A stretch of DNA of 64,000 bases from Scyliorhinus canicula (Eukaryota): NCBI RefSeq assembly GCF_902713615.1, contig NC_052168.1, positions 4,464,001-4,528,000 of the forward strand, given 5' to 3'. A model generated the notes under the pieces. That model had not been told where the DNA came from. It did no database searches and was given only the letters and a program-made list of their open reading frames with translations. The translations under genes were made by a program, and so were the position numbers. Numbering within the stretch: position 1 is the first letter of the stretch; each line of letters starts with the position of its first letter. Below, piece after piece: positions 1-12,038 of the stretch.

Positions 1-201
1 ATGGGCTGAATGGCCTCCTTCTGCACTGTAAATTCTATGAATTAGCAATCTCAAATCTGAGAGGGACCTTTGGGACGTCGATGGGGTTAAGCGACACATC
101 TGACTGAATAGCGGAACAGGCTTGAGGGGCTGAATGGCCTCCTCCTGTTCCTATTTTGTGTATAGGGCAGTAACGTTTATTTCTTTGGTTTCCTCCTGTA
201 G

Positions 202-1440
202 GATCCCAGGAGCAGTTACCACCAGAGGCCACAGAGGGCGTGAAGGAGCAATCGTGATTCTAAGACTGAGTGCGGGATTGGATAGCGCCAAAGGCGATAA
301 TTGGCCAGGACTTTGTTCGATAACATCCGACGAGCTGATTTCAAATTTTGGAGCTGCCTTTTCGATTGGCCGGTTTGCTTCCAATAAGCGTCCAATCGAG
401 GGAGGTGGATCCTGCTGGTACAGGCAATGGGGGTGGGGGGGTGGGGGGGGGGAATAAAAGTGCTACCGTTGGGGATAACATCTGGAGAGGACGCACAGAT
501 CCGACAATATCTGTACCAAGTGTGAGCTGGAGAATTCTCGCGTTGGGCAAGAGGTGGGCCTTGCAGATCACTACTGCCACTCCAACTCAAAGTGACTCCC
601 GCGTTGCGATGCAGATTGCAAAGTTAGCCGATCTCCCTCAGAGGGAGGCAGAAAAGGAAGAACCTTCTACAGCATCCGTCACGGCCCCGGGCCATCCCCA
701 AGGTGCTTTACAATACGGACGTTTCCAAATCACGCAGCAGCCAAATCGTACACAGCATCATCCCGCACACGGCAACGAGGTCATCTGTATATCTGCGATG
801 TTTGGTAGTGGGATAAATAACGGACAGGACATCATTCTGGCTGCTCTTCCTGCAAATAGTGGTCAGGGGATCCCGGGACAGTGGGCTGGATGAGTGTCAC
901 AGGGACTTAGTTTAAGGTCTCACCCGAAAGACAGCACCTCCCAACAGTGCAGCACTCCCTCACCGTGAGTGTCAGCCAGGATTAGGTGCTGAAACCTGCA
1001 GAGGTGGGGGGGGGGGGGGGGTCTTATGTGGAGGCCTCTAATTCGGAGGTCAGAGTGCGACCCACTGAGACATGCTGGACTCTCTCATTGGTGAGAGTAT
1101 CCTGTTTAGCAGAACAGAAAAAAACGGCCACAATTCCTGCTCTGGATTGCTATCCCGCCCTTGGCTGGGAGGTTAATGGGCTCCTGGTGGGTATTGGCCC
1201 AGGCCCCTCCCTTAATGCCTTCCCCCTCACTCAAACATTAATCTGTCTTCGCCCTCACTTCAAATACTGCTACCAGCCCCTTCTTGGATATCAAATTACA
1301 GAGTTCCTCCCCCCCCCCCCCCCCCCCCCCCCCACCCCGACTATCGTCTTTAATGTTGTACAGGTCTCCATTTTATCCATGTGTAAATATTATTTGAAGA
1401 GTGTAAATTAAATGCCCAATAAAATAAAATGATTCTCCAA
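202..1440 (+). other. Probable terminal exon and 3' UTR of an unidentified upstream + strand gene
   Basis: Strong acceptor tttctttggtttcctcctgtAG|G (AG at 200-201). The phase-1 reading ends ...SQEQLPPEATEGVKEQS*. AATAAA at 453-458 and a double AATAAAATAAA at ~1418-1428 follow AT-rich UTR-like sequence. Protein not recognised. Confidence 0.4.
880..990 (-). mobile_element. Ancient Deu-domain SINE fragment (SacSINE1/AmnSINE-like). Related fragments at ~5945-6020+6605-6720, 16350-16560, 21745-22040 and 44815-45050
   Basis: Motif gtttaaggtctcacccgaaagacagcacctcc...cagtgcagcactccctca resembles the Deu-SINE core recalled from consensus. Degenerate copies recur in the window. Confidence 0.55.
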
Positions 1441-1684
1441 GAGGCCAGTTTTCACACTGGCCGCTTATATTGACTGTTTTTTATCAATTCATTTCTTGCG
1501 ATGTGATTTTTCTCTGGCTGGGCCCAGCATTTATTGCCCATTCCTAATAGTGCTTGAGAGGGTAGGGGGGTAGCTGTTGGTGTAGTGACAATCCAGAGGT
1601 CCAGACTAATGTTCTGGGCACGAGGGTTCAAATCTCAGTGCTGACATTTAAACTGATTTGAGGATGTTTTCTTGGGGGGGGGGG

Positions 1685-1962
1685 GGCAGGGTGGTTAGCA
1701 CTGCTGCCTCACAGCGCCGGGGACCCGGGTTCAATTCCGGCCTTGGGTGGGTGACCGTGTCGAGTTTGGAAGGTATCCCCGTGTCCGCGTGGGGTTTCCT
1801 CCGGGTGCTTCGGTTTCCTCCCACAGTCCAAAGATGTGCGGGTTAGGTGGGGTTACGGGGATATGACATGGGAATGGGCCTAGGTAGGGTTCTCTTTCAG
1901 AGGGTCGGTGCCAACTCAATGGGCCGAACAGCCTCCTTCTCCACTGCAGCAATTGTATGGAT
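1685..1962 (+). mobile_element. HE1-type tRNA-derived V-SINE with CR1-like tail (tail type 1)
   Basis: A-box TGGTTAGCAC and B-box GGTTCAATTCC. V-domain GTGGGTTTCCTCCGGGTGCTCCGGTTTCCTCCCACAGTCCAAAGA. Tail GGGCCGAA..GCCTCCTTCT..ACTG is shared with CR1 3' ends. Confidence 0.85.
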
Positions 1963-2126
1963 CTTAAATTGGCAGTGAGCTTCCACCTTGAACCACTGCA
2001 CTCCCGGTGGTGCTGTGTGTATTGTGTGCGTTCACATCAGTATTAATTGAATATTGTAGAAGTGGCTAACAGAAGGGTCCATAGAACAGGATTGAGGGTG
2101 ATTAAATAAGAAAAAAACAGCCCCAG

Positions 2127-4617
2127 TGGGCGGCACGGTGGCGCAGTGCTTAGCACTGCTGCCTCATGAACACTTTGGAGACAGTGACCACAATTCGGTG
2201 ACCTTTACGTTAGTGATGGAAAGGGATAAGTATACCCCGCAGAGCAAGAGTTATAGCTGGGGGAAGGGCAATTATGATGCCATTAGACATGACTTAGGAT
2301 GTGTTGGTTGGAGAAGTAGGCTGCAAGGGTTGGGCACACTGGATATGTGGAGCTTGTTCAAGGAACAGCTATTGCATGTTCTTGATAAGTACGTACCAGT
2401 CAGGCAGGGAGGAAGGGGTCGAGCGAGGGAACCGTGGTTTACCAAAGAAGTGGAATCTCTTGTTAAGAGGAAGAAGGAGGCCTATGTGAAGATGAGGCGT
2501 GAAGTTTCAGTTGGGGCGCTTGATAGTTACAAGGAAGCGAGGAAGGATCTAAAGAGAGAGCTGAGACGAGCAAGGAGGGGACATGAGAAGTCTTTGGCAG
2601 GTAGGATCAAGGAAAACCCAAAAGCTTTCTATAGGTATGTCAGGAATAAAAGAATGACTAGGGTAAGAGTAGGGCCAGTCAAGGACAGTGGTGGGAAGTT
2701 GTGTGTGGAGGCTGAGGAGATAAGCGAGATACTAAATGAATACTTTTCGTCAGTATTCACTCAAGAAAAGGATAATATTGAGGAGGAGAATGCTGAGACC
2801 CAGGCTATTAGAATAGATGGCATTGAGGTGCGTAGGGAAGAAGTGTTGGCAATTCTGGACAAGGTGAAAATAGATAAGTCCCCGGGGCCGGATGGGATTT
2901 ATCCTAGGATTCTCTGGGAAGCCAGGGAAGAGATTGCTGAGCCTTTGGCTTTGATTTTTAGGTCATCATTGGCTACAGGAATAGTGCCAGAGGACTGGAG
3001 GATAGCAAATGTGGTCCCTTTGTTCAAGAAGGGGAGTAGAGATAACCCCGGTAACTATAGGCCGGTGAGCCTAACGTCTGTGGTGGGTAAAGTCTTGGAG
3101 AGGATTATAAAAGATACGATTTATAATCATCTAGATAGGAATAATATGATTAGGGATAGTCAGCATGGTTTTGTGAAGGGTAGGTCATGCCTCACAAACC
3201 TTATCGAGTTCTTTGAGAAGGTGACTGAACAGGTAGACGAGGGTAGAGCAGTTGATGTGGTGTATATGGATTTCAGTAAAGCGTTTGATAAGGTTCCCCA
3301 CGGTCGGCTATTGCAGAAAATACGGAGGCTGGGGATTGAGGGTGATTTAGAGATGTGGATCAGAAATTGGCTAGTTGAAAGAAGACAGAGAGTGGTAGTT
3401 GATGGGAAATGTTCAGAATGGAGTTCAGTTACGAGTGGCGTACCACAAGGATCTGTTCTGGGGCCGTTGCTGTTTGTCATTTTTATAAATGACCTAGAGG
3501 AGGGCGCAGAAGGATGGGTGAGTAAATTTGCAGACGACACTAAAGTCGGTGGAGTTGTAGACAGTGCGGAAGGATGTTGCAGGTTACAGAGGGACATAGA
3601 TAAGCTGCAGAGCTGGGCTGAGAGGTGGCAAATGGAGTTTAATGTGGAGAAGTGTGAGGTGATTCACTTTGGAAAGAATAACAGGAATGCGGAATATTTG
3701 GCTAATGGTAAAATTCTTGGTAGTGTGGATGAGCAGAGGGATCTCGGTGTCCATGTACATAGATCCCTGAAAGTTGCCACCCAGGTTGATAGGGTTGTGA
3801 AGAAGGCCTATGGTGTGTTGGCCTTTATTGGTAGAGGGATTGAGTTCCGGAGCCATGAGGTCATGATGCAGCTGTACCAAACTCTGGTACGGCCGCATTT
3901 GGAGTATTGCGTACAGTTCTGGTCGCCTCATTATAGGAAGGACGTGGAAGCTTTGGAACGGGTGCAGAGGAGATTTACCAGGATGTTGCCTGGTATGGAG
4001 GGAAAATCTTATGAGGAAAGGCTGATGGACTTGAGGTTGTTTTCGTTAGAGAGAAGAAGGTTAAGAGGTGACTTAATAGAGGCATACAAAATGATCAGAG
4101 GGTTAGATAGGGTGGACAGCGAGAGCCTTCTCCCGCGGATGGAGGTGGCTAGCACGAGGGGACATAGCCTTAAATTGAGGGGTAATAGATATAGGACAGA
4201 GGTCAGAGGTGGGTTTTTTACGCAAAGAGTGGTGAGGCCGTGGAATGCCCTACCTGCAACAGTAGTGAACTCGCCAACATTGAGGGCATTTAAAAATTTA
4301 TTGGATAAGCATATGGATGATAATGGCATAGTGTAGGTTAGATGGCCTTTAGTTTTTTTTTCCATGTCGGTGCAACATCGAGGGCCGAAGGGCCTGTACT
4401 GCGCTGTATCGTTCTATGTTCTATGTTCTATGTTCTATGGTGCCGAGGACCCGGGTTCAATTCCAGCCCGGGTCACTGACCATGTGGAGTTTGCACATTC
4501 TCCCCATGTCTGCGTGGATCGCACCCCCACAATCCAAAAATGTACAGGGTGGGTGAATTGGCCACGCTAAATTGCCAGTTAATTGGAAAAAGTAATTGGG
4601 CACTCTAACCTTTTTTT
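2127..4617 (+). mobile_element. Tail-type-2 SINE split by a CR1 insertion; 12-bp TSD AAAACAGCCCCA
   Basis: SINE head 2127-2168 resumes at 4440 (gtgccgaggacccgggttc...) and ends in an AT-rich tail at ~4617. Direct repeats at 2114-2125 and 4618-4629. Confidence 0.85.
2169..4439 (+). mobile_element. CR1 (HER1-like) LINE, 5'-truncated, with an uninterrupted ORF2 fragment (end of APE endonuclease plus complete RT)
   Basis: ORF to 4336 contains SDHN, KSPGPDGIYPRIL, NYRPVSLTS, QHGF, YMDFSKAFDKVPH, SGVPQGSVLGP, KFADDTK and RPHLEYCVQFW. 3' tail is (TTCTATG)4. The first ~14 aa of the called ORF come from the SINE head. Confidence 0.95.
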
Positions 4618-4629
4618 AAAACAGCCCCA

Positions 4630-5360
4630 CTTGATTGGCACCCCATCCACCCACTCACTCCATCCACCGATGCACAGTGCCGGCCGTGTGTGCCACCTAA
4701 TATTAATAATATCTTTATTATTCTCACAGGTAGGCTGACATTAACACCGCAATGAAGTTACTGTGAAATGCCCCTAGTCGCCACATTCCGGCGCCTGTTC
4801 GGGTACATTGAGGGAGAATTCAGAATGTCCAATTCACCTGACAGCACGTCTTTGGACTGTGGGAGGAAACCAGAGCACCCGGAGGAAACCCACGCAGACA
4901 CGGGGAGAACGTGCAGATTCCGCGCAGACAGTGACCCAAACCGGGAATCGAACCTGGGACTCTGGCGCTGTGAAGCCACAGTGCCACCCACTGTGCTACC
5001 GTGCTGTCATGAGGCTACGAGATGCTTCACCAAGGCTCCTTCAAAAGTACCTTCCAATCCCACAGCCCCAACCACCTAGAAGGACGAGAGCAGCAGGTAC
5101 CTGGGGACACCACCACCTGGGGGTTCCCCTCCGAGTCACATCACACCCTGACTTGGAAATATATCGGCCGTTCCTTCAGTGTTGTTGGGACAAAATTCTG
5201 GAACTGCCTCCCTAACAGCACCGTGGGTGTACCTACACCATATGGACTGCAGCGGTTCAAGAAGGCGGCTCACCAACACCTTCTCAAGGGGTAATTAGGG
5301 ATGGGCAATAAATGCTGGCCCAGCCAGCAACGCCAACGTCCCGTGAAAGAATTATTTGAA
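4630..5360 (+). mobile_element. 3' end of a second CR1/L2-clade LINE family. Other copies at ~20930-21280(-), 24360-24585(-), 58590-59165(-) and 59630-60060(-)
   Basis: Recurring HTLTWKYI...WNCLPNSTVGVPTP.GLQRFKKAAH coding remnant and tail GGGCAATAAATGCTGGCC. The copy at 59783-59980 encodes MEYSPLAWMSAAPTTLKKLDTIQD. Confidence 0.75.
4700..5005 (-). mobile_element. V-SINE with tail type 3 (...CCCGAACAGGCGCCGGAATGTGGCGACTAGGGG...TCACAGTAACTTCATTGC...AATAAAGATTATT), inserted in a LINE 3' fragment
   Basis: Same head and V-domain as the HE1-type copies but a different 3' end. Other copies at ~8460-8770(-), 16672-16952(+), 31975-32275(+), 55100-55348(+) and 61518-61730(-). Confidence 0.8.
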
Positions 5361-5644
5361 AAGCTTTTGCTGTGAGGGGGAAGGGGCAGATGGATCAAAA
5401 CAGAAGGTAAGGGATAGGCTAGAGGGCAGGAGAGATCAAATGACCAAGATGCCATGGAACACATGTCAGAGGTGATAACAAACTCTACACCAGCGAGTGC
5501 TCAGCACAAATCAACAAGTCAAACAGAGTTGAGGGTTAACGTCACAATCCATGCCCAAGGTTTTACCCTTGCCCAATACGAGAACACACAGGGCTTTCAC
5601 ACACATGCTCATCTTCTGAATAAAAAAGAACTCGCATTTGAACC

Positions 5645-5945
5645 AGAGTAGAAAGAAGCCATTCGGCCCATCGAGTCTGCACCAGCCCTCGGAAAGAGCA
5701 CCTTACCCAGGCCCACTCCCCCCACCCACAAATCCCACATTCCTGGACACTAAGGGGCAATTTAGCATCATCAATCAACCTAACCTTCACATCTTTGGAC
5801 CGTGGGAGGAAACCGGAGCACCCGGAGGAAACCCACGCACACAGCGGGAGAAAGTGCAAACTCCACAAAGACAAGGCCAGAATTGAACCCAAGTCCCTGA
5901 AGTTGTGAGACAGCTATGCTAACCACTGTGCCACTGTGCCCTGCA
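5645..5945 (-). mobile_element. HE1-type SINE (tail type 1)
   Basis: Reverse complement of the head, V-domain and CR1-like tail. Confidence 0.8.
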
Positions 5946-6019
5946 TTTCTGTAGCACCTTTTTCATGCTCAGGATGTCCCAAAGCACTTTACAGTAAATC
6001 AAGTATTTTCTGAAGTGTA

Positions 6020-6600
6020 GGGCGCGATCTACCGGCCGTGTCCCGCTGGAACCGAGGAGCAACACAGCCGGTATCGTGGGAGAGGTCTCCCCTGGGATTC
6101 CCGACGGCCCTCACGCCTAGCGCGATCTAACCAGATCTGAGTCCCGCCCACAATGCGCTAAGTGAGTTTAAGAACTCAATTAACCGCGCCTCCGCCGGAT
6201 CGAACGGCCACCCGGCATCTACCGGCCTCGCTGGGGAGATGCCAGCTGGGCACCGTTCAGCGCTGGTCCCTGTAAACAGGGACCAGGTGGGAGGGGTACC
6301 TGGGGCGGTCTCCCAGGCAGGGTGGCAATGCTAGTGGCACCCAGGCACCTTGGCCCTGGCACCCTGACGGTGCCACCCTGGCAGTGCCACCCATGTAACA
6401 GCCTGGCACTGCCAGGGTGCCAGGTCAGCAGTGCCGAGATGCCAGGTTGGCATTTTTCCCGGGCTGGGATCGGGCCTGGGGGTGGCCCCGTCCATGTGAG
6501 CTGGGGTGGGATGGGGGGGGGGGGGGGGGGGGGGGGGGGGGTCAACAAATCGAGACATCATCTAAAATGGCACACTGAGGAGCTCCGCAGGCCCCGAGCC
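6020..6600. mobile_element. GC-rich non-autonomous DNA transposon fragment (Harbinger/PIF-like MITE)
   Basis: Starts GGGCGCGATCT like the TIRs at 52254-53041. Shares internal GGCAC/GTGCC repeats with that element. Confidence 0.5.
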
Positions 6601-6799
6601 CGTGTTGCAATGTGGGAAATGTAGCAGCCAATTCACTCACAGCAAGGTCAGCAACGGTAATGGCCAGCCTATCCGTCTGGGCGATATTGATTCAGGGGTA
6701 AACATTTGACAGGATTCTCGGAAGAATTAACTCCCCTGCTCCTCACCCTTCAGTGGAAGGAGAAGGCGAGAATACCAGCTCATTTTCCACAGCCGGTTC

Positions 6800-7110
6800 G
6801 CTGGTGACCTTTCACCCTAACTCCTGTTGAGAATGTGTGTCTATGGAGTGAACCGTGGAACCCGAGAGGCCAGGTTGGGGATTCGCTGCTGCAGGTTTAC
6901 ATTCACCAGCAGGAACGTGACGGGTTGTGCTGGTTGGTGGTTTCTCTTGCCTTCCTCTCTGATCTTGAGCAAGTTGTTCCCGCTTGGCGACATCTATAGG
7001 GTACCGTTTCAGAGCCACTTTTAAGTAGCTTGTTGGGAGCCGACACAAAATTGCTTCCCAGTTCTGAATCTGTCACAAAAGACCTCCTTCAGGATTCCTT
7101 TATCAATCAC
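6800..7110 (-). mobile_element. Degraded RTE-like LINE ORF2 C-terminal fragment
   Basis: Minus-strand remnants GILKEVF..R..GKQ and LKVALKRYPIDVAKREQLAQDQRG resemble the RTE 'LK..LK...ID...WE.LA.DR..W' motif. Confidence 0.5.
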
Positions 7111-7740
7111 GCCAACATAAACTGGCCATCAAGATAAATGTCAAACGCCGGGAATGGTAGCAATGCGACGTAACTCGTGGCCTTGAGGAAAGGGTAGGGG
7201 AGTGGGACTGGATGAGTTGCCAAGATCCTGCACAGACACGATGGACTGAATGGTCTCTTTCTCTGCTGTAACTATTCTATCATTCTGGTCGACTACAGCT
7301 TATGCACTGGAGTTCATAATCTCACCACAGGGGTGGGGGGGGGGGGGGGGGTGAGGTGGAATTTACATTTGATTAATCAAATAAATAAATAAAAATTAAC
7401 TATGAGATTGTTGTTAGAACCTGTCTGGTTAAGTAAACCATCGTCCTTGCTCAGTCAAGTCCAATGGGCCATAGATACATAGAATTGGTACAGTGCAGAG
7501 GGAGGCTATTCGGCCCATTGAGTCTGCACCAACCCTCTGAAAGAGCACCCTCCCCAGGCCCACAACCCCCACCCTATCCCTGTAACCTAACCCCCTACAT
7601 CCCTGGTCAAAGGGGCAATTTAGAATGACCAATCCGCCTAACCTGCACATCTTTGGACTGAGCAATGTCTAAAAAAGGTTATTATTAAGATTGTTAATTG
7701 CCCTCTGTGAACGGCTCGGCCTTAGCAAGCCACTCAAATG

Positions 7741-8111
7741 TGTGATGATAAGTAGACTGTCATCTGTATTATCATCTACATGTAAATAATAATATATGTA
7801 TAGCTGTTGTAGTTCCAGCATCCGATCACCAGGTGGTGTGATTATGCAGACGCTGACCCGGACACACCATCTGTTCCAGGAGACGACGTTGGCAAGGAGT
7901 TGATAGCAGTCGCATATTAGAGTAGCTCTGTAGTATCTTAGTGTAAGTTAGTGTTGGACCATTATTTCCAACTGTATTAAACTTAGACATTTCAGTAATT
8001 TGTTCGTGTAGTGTTAGTAATAAATAACTTTGTTTATAAAACAAAGTTTAATGTTCTTTGTTCACGCTAGAATATCAAGATTCAACATCAGCCCAATCAA
8101 AGAACATTACA
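7741..8111 (+). mobile_element. Solo LTR, 371 bp
   Basis: Inverted ends TGTGATG...CATTACA. 5-bp TSD AAATG at 7736-7740 and 8112-8116. Internal AATAAA at ~8019. Confidence 0.8.
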
Positions 8112-9185
8112 AAATGTTTCAAACAGCTGCAGAAAGAGGTCAGATCACTGTGGGTGTATCTACATCGTTTTATTATTTATTGCCATTTCTTCTGATCTTA
8201 TTGCCACACAGTCTGCAACGGTTCAAGAAGACAGCTTACCGACACCTTCTCTTCGGCAATCAGGAATATTGGGCGGGATTTACCGGCTGTTCACGACAGC
8301 GGGAAATTCTGGTCCCGCGCCGGCGCACGGGCCTCCCGGGAACGAGGGGTGTTGTCACCATGAAATCTCGTTGACGATAGCGGGTTTGGTAGATCCCACT
8401 GGTAGATCCCACTGGTGGGCTGCCTCCACTGCCATAAAACATGCAGCAGGACAGTCAGTAATAATAATCTTTATTATAATAATAATATTTATTATTCTCA
8501 CAAGTAGTCTTACATTAACACTGCAGTGACGTTACTGTGAAAAGCCCCTAGTCGCCACACTCCAGCGCCTGTTCGGGTACACGGAGGGAGAATTCAGAAT
8601 GTCCAATTCACCTTACAAGCATGCCTTTCGGGACTTGTGGGAGGAAACCGGAGCATCTGGAGGAAACCCACACAGACACGGGAGAACGTGCAGACTCCGC
8701 ACAGAAAGTGACCCAACCCGGAACCCTGCTGCTGCGAAACAACAGTGCTAACCATTGTGCTACCGTGCCACCCAGATGCCGCCCATTAGTTACCCGGAGG
8801 GAGATTGAAGAACTCTGAGGTACAGAATGAACTGTCCTGTTACATAAATCAGGAAAAGTTATTATTGAGGCACAGCAAATGATTAGCAAGGCAAATGGAA
8901 TGTTGTTGTTTATTGCAAGGGGAACAGAATATAAAGTAGCGATGTTTTAGGACAGTTGTACAGGGTGTTGGTGCGATCACATCAAGGGTATTGTGCACAG
9001 TTTTGGTCTCCTCATTTAAGAAAGGATGTGAGTGCGTTAGAAGCAGTTCAGAGAAGGTTCACTCGACTGGTAACTGAGTTGGGGGTGGTTGTCTTGTGAG
9101 AAAAGGTTGGACAGGCTGGGCCTGTACCAGTTCAGAAGAATGAGAGGTGATCTTATTGAAATATGTAAAATCCTGAATGGACTTG

Positions 9186-10833
9186 TGTCATGTGAGAGTA
9201 CCTTTAAGAACTGGATGTTTATCAAATAGCTGTAGTGGATGTACCTTTAAGAAATGGGTGTTTATCAAATAGTTGCGGTGATGTCAGAGTGTGGGTGGAG
9301 CTGGGTTGGCTGTCTTTCACTTTCGCTTTTGAGCAGGCAGCTAGTGTGTTTTAATGAAATGAAAAAATGAAAATCGCTTATTGTCACGAGTAGGCTTCAA
9401 TGAAGTTACTGTGAAAAGCCCCTAGTTGCCATATTCCGGCGCCTGTCCGGGGAGGCTGGTTTTCAGAGTTGGATAGCTGCAGGCAAAGCAAGCAGCTGTA
9501 TAATGATCTCTCTCTACAAGCTACAGACTGTCTTCAGCTAATTTGAGGATTTCAAAGCAATACCTGTTTCTGTAGAGAATTTAAACCTGCTGTCTTTCTG
9601 TGAAAAGGGTCTTTTGGTCTTATGGATGTTGTTAGGAAAGTTATGAAGGGTTACTTATGGAATATTGTATTTGTGGGGATTATTGGTGTTGATAGTTGTT
9701 GTTGCACGTTTTACTATGGGCGTAAAACGCGTTTATTGGGCTGTATTAACTTCCAAGTGCTTAACACCACTAGGCTCTGTCTTATGTATTTATTCAGCTT
9801 TAGGAGTCGCCAGTTGCCGTATAGACAACGTCACTAGTATTCCAAGGTCAAGTTCAAAGTAATAAAGACGATACACCGATTAGTAAGGTCCAAACGATAA
9901 TATTTATTATACAGTAATAATAAATATTCATGCACACACTAAGAGACTAAGCTATGACTAAACTAAAGTAATCAGAATACTTATCTAACAGGAACAGGCA
10001 AGGTCAGGGAGCTAGGCCTTCGTCCTGGTCTTGGGCTGCAACCTTCAGCAAGCGTTCTGGTCACTGGGGGTTCTAGCGGGCTTAGTTCGCGTAGCGAGCG
10101 TCGTACTGGCACTTACGGTTCGGCGGCTGGTGCTCAACGGCTGGAGTCAGAGTGGATCTTCAAGGTCGTGGTCAGAGCCGGAGCACGGAAAAGCAGACCG
10201 GACAACACGAGGTCCCTATCTTTTATAGGGGTTCCATTGTCCTTCCCTCTTCTTGGGCGGGCTCTACCTATTGGGTCAATTCCTCATCAATACTGTTTTA
10301 ATTCCCCAATGCGAGGGGGTCTCCGTGATGGGGGGGCGTTTCTTATGCCCTTTTGTTTGGAGGTTTCTGGTGCCTCGATGTCTGGGCCTTGATTAAAATG
10401 TGTCCATTCAGAATCAAATGTATCTATTGTGTGGGTGTTCAGGTCTGATTGCCTCATTAGCATGCAAAGCGTTTTGCCATTTGCACCTAGCTAAGGTCTT
10501 CTCACCTGAGCCCAAACTGGTTTCTGCTGCTGCAGAATGCAAAATGCTCTTTGCAGACTGCTGTTCTGGCTAAACTGTCTGTTTCCCAGTAGTCTTAGCG
10601 CTTGGCCTATTTTTGTAGCTCAGCATCCATTTTAGGTGGCTACATTGTTAAGATGTTTATTGTGGGTTTCTAAAGTGTTGAATGGATTTTGTTTTGAAAG
10701 TACTTTAGCTTTCTGTTGCATCACATCTGCAGAGTGGGCCCTTGTGCTTCCCATAACCACAATCTATTAAAAGTTGTGGGTCAGGTGAACTCCATGATAC
10801 ACTTTGGGGTTCTCTAAACCCTGGTCCATAACA
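9186..10833 (+). mobile_element. Solo LTR (outer) with 4-bp TSD CTTG
   Basis: TGTCATG...CATAACA termini. CTTG at 9182-9185 and 10834-10837. Confidence 0.8.
9700..10644. mobile_element. Solo LTR (inner, 945 bp) with 4-bp TSD TTGT
   Basis: TGTTGC...GCTACA termini. TTGT at 9696-9699 and 10645-10648. The outer LTR text continues across the junction. Confidence 0.75.
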
Positions 10834-11649
10834 CTTGACAGAGTGGATGCTGGGAGAGATCAGAACAAGGGAACACCGTTTAAAAATTGGAGTCTCCCAG
10901 TTAAAATGGTGGTGAGGATATTTTTTTCCTCTGAGGAACTCTCTTTCCCAGAGAACGGTGGAGGCAGGGCCAATGGATATTGTAAAGGCAGCAGTAGTTA
11001 GATTCTTGACGAACAAGTGAGTTATTATCGGGGGGGGGGGGGGGAGTGGTAGGCAGGATTAAGGCTACAATCAGATCATATTGAATGGTAGAGCAGGCTC
11101 GAGGGGCAGAATGGCCTCCTCCTGCTCCTAATTCGTATGTTCATACATATGTATGGGCTGACCTCACCAACTGTGTCCACAGGAACAAATTAAACTTTAA
11201 GCTTGACATGTCAGCTTTTTATTCGAATACTTTAGCACTCATTTGCTGTCACAATGCACCCAGGATATTGATGACTATAACATAGGTAGAGTGGGGCTAT
11301 CTCTCCCAACCCCCAATCAATTTGCTGCCCACATTGAAGTTCCAGCTCTGTGTAGCTCCCAGCCAGCCCACCGAACTGGGGTAGGGTTACAAAGCCACCA
11401 GGATGGGGATGAACCCCCCACCCCCTGGACACCCACCCCGGTCATGCAGAGAGTGGTCAAGGGAGTTTGTTGGATTTCTCTCTCTGGAACCTCAGTTGCC
11501 TGTCTCGGCTTGGGAATGGCCATCGAGACCCTCGCTGCCCAACGGTCGGAGTCTGGACAGTGCTGACCCCAACTACCCACCCACCCACAACAAAATAAAC
11601 CAAATTGGCCAAGTCTTGGGTTTGACCCCTCTCCTTCCCCATTCGCCCG

Positions 11650-12025
11650 CAGGTTGAGGTCAACCTCCCCTCACTGGCCAATCACAGCCCAGCGCTGCTG
11701 GCGACGTCACCCTCCCTCCATTATTTTTTATCAATGGGACGTAGGGGTCACGTGCCGCCGGTTTCGCGCTGCTGATTGGTAGCCTTTACCTGTCAACCAG
11801 TGTGACGTCCGGCCAGGGCGGGTCTCCCGGGGGATCCGGCTCTCTGGTTGGCTGCGCGGCGGTGAATGAGGTCACCAGCGCTGTGATTGGCTGGCCGGGC
11901 GGATGTGGCGTCAGCTTCCGGTGGTGGGGGAGGTGAGAGGCGCTGAGCGCACCGCCCGCTGAGGAGGGGGAGAGCGCGCTGCTGCCCGGCCTTCGCTTCA
12001 ATCGCTCGTTCCGGACGCTGCCGCC
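11650..12025 (+). promoter_or_regulatory. CpG-island promoter and 5' UTR of PDAP1
   Basis: CpG-rich. CCAAT/ATTGG at 11678, 11775 and 11886. CRE-like GACGTCA at 11703 and TGACGTC at ~11803. E-box GTCACGTG at 11747-11754, E2F-like TTTCGCGC at 11762 and ETS TTCCGG at 11916. Ends in the Kozak sequence GCCGCCATG. Confidence 0.8.
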
Positions 12026-12038
12026 ATGCCGCGGGGAG
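12026..12038 (+). CDS. PDAP1: PDAP1 coding exon 1 (MPRG+G)
   Basis: gccgccATGCCGCGGGGAG|gtgaga. The 13 coding nt match the MPKGG N-terminus of vertebrate PDAP1 and the phase-1 join to exon 2. Confidence 0.9.

Larger units (their letters stand above)
8820..11140 (+). mobile_element. Old CR1 3' fragment interrupted by nested solo LTRs
   Basis: CR1 RT C-terminal remnants at 8820-9185 continue at 10834-11140 and end in a CR1-type tail (ggcctcctcctgctcctaattcgtatgttc). Confidence 0.75.

Noticed and set aside
2126-4336. 736-aa ORF as a host gene or novel RT system
   Set aside because: 5'-truncated CR1 ORF2 with a SINE-derived GTG start and a standard CR1 tail.
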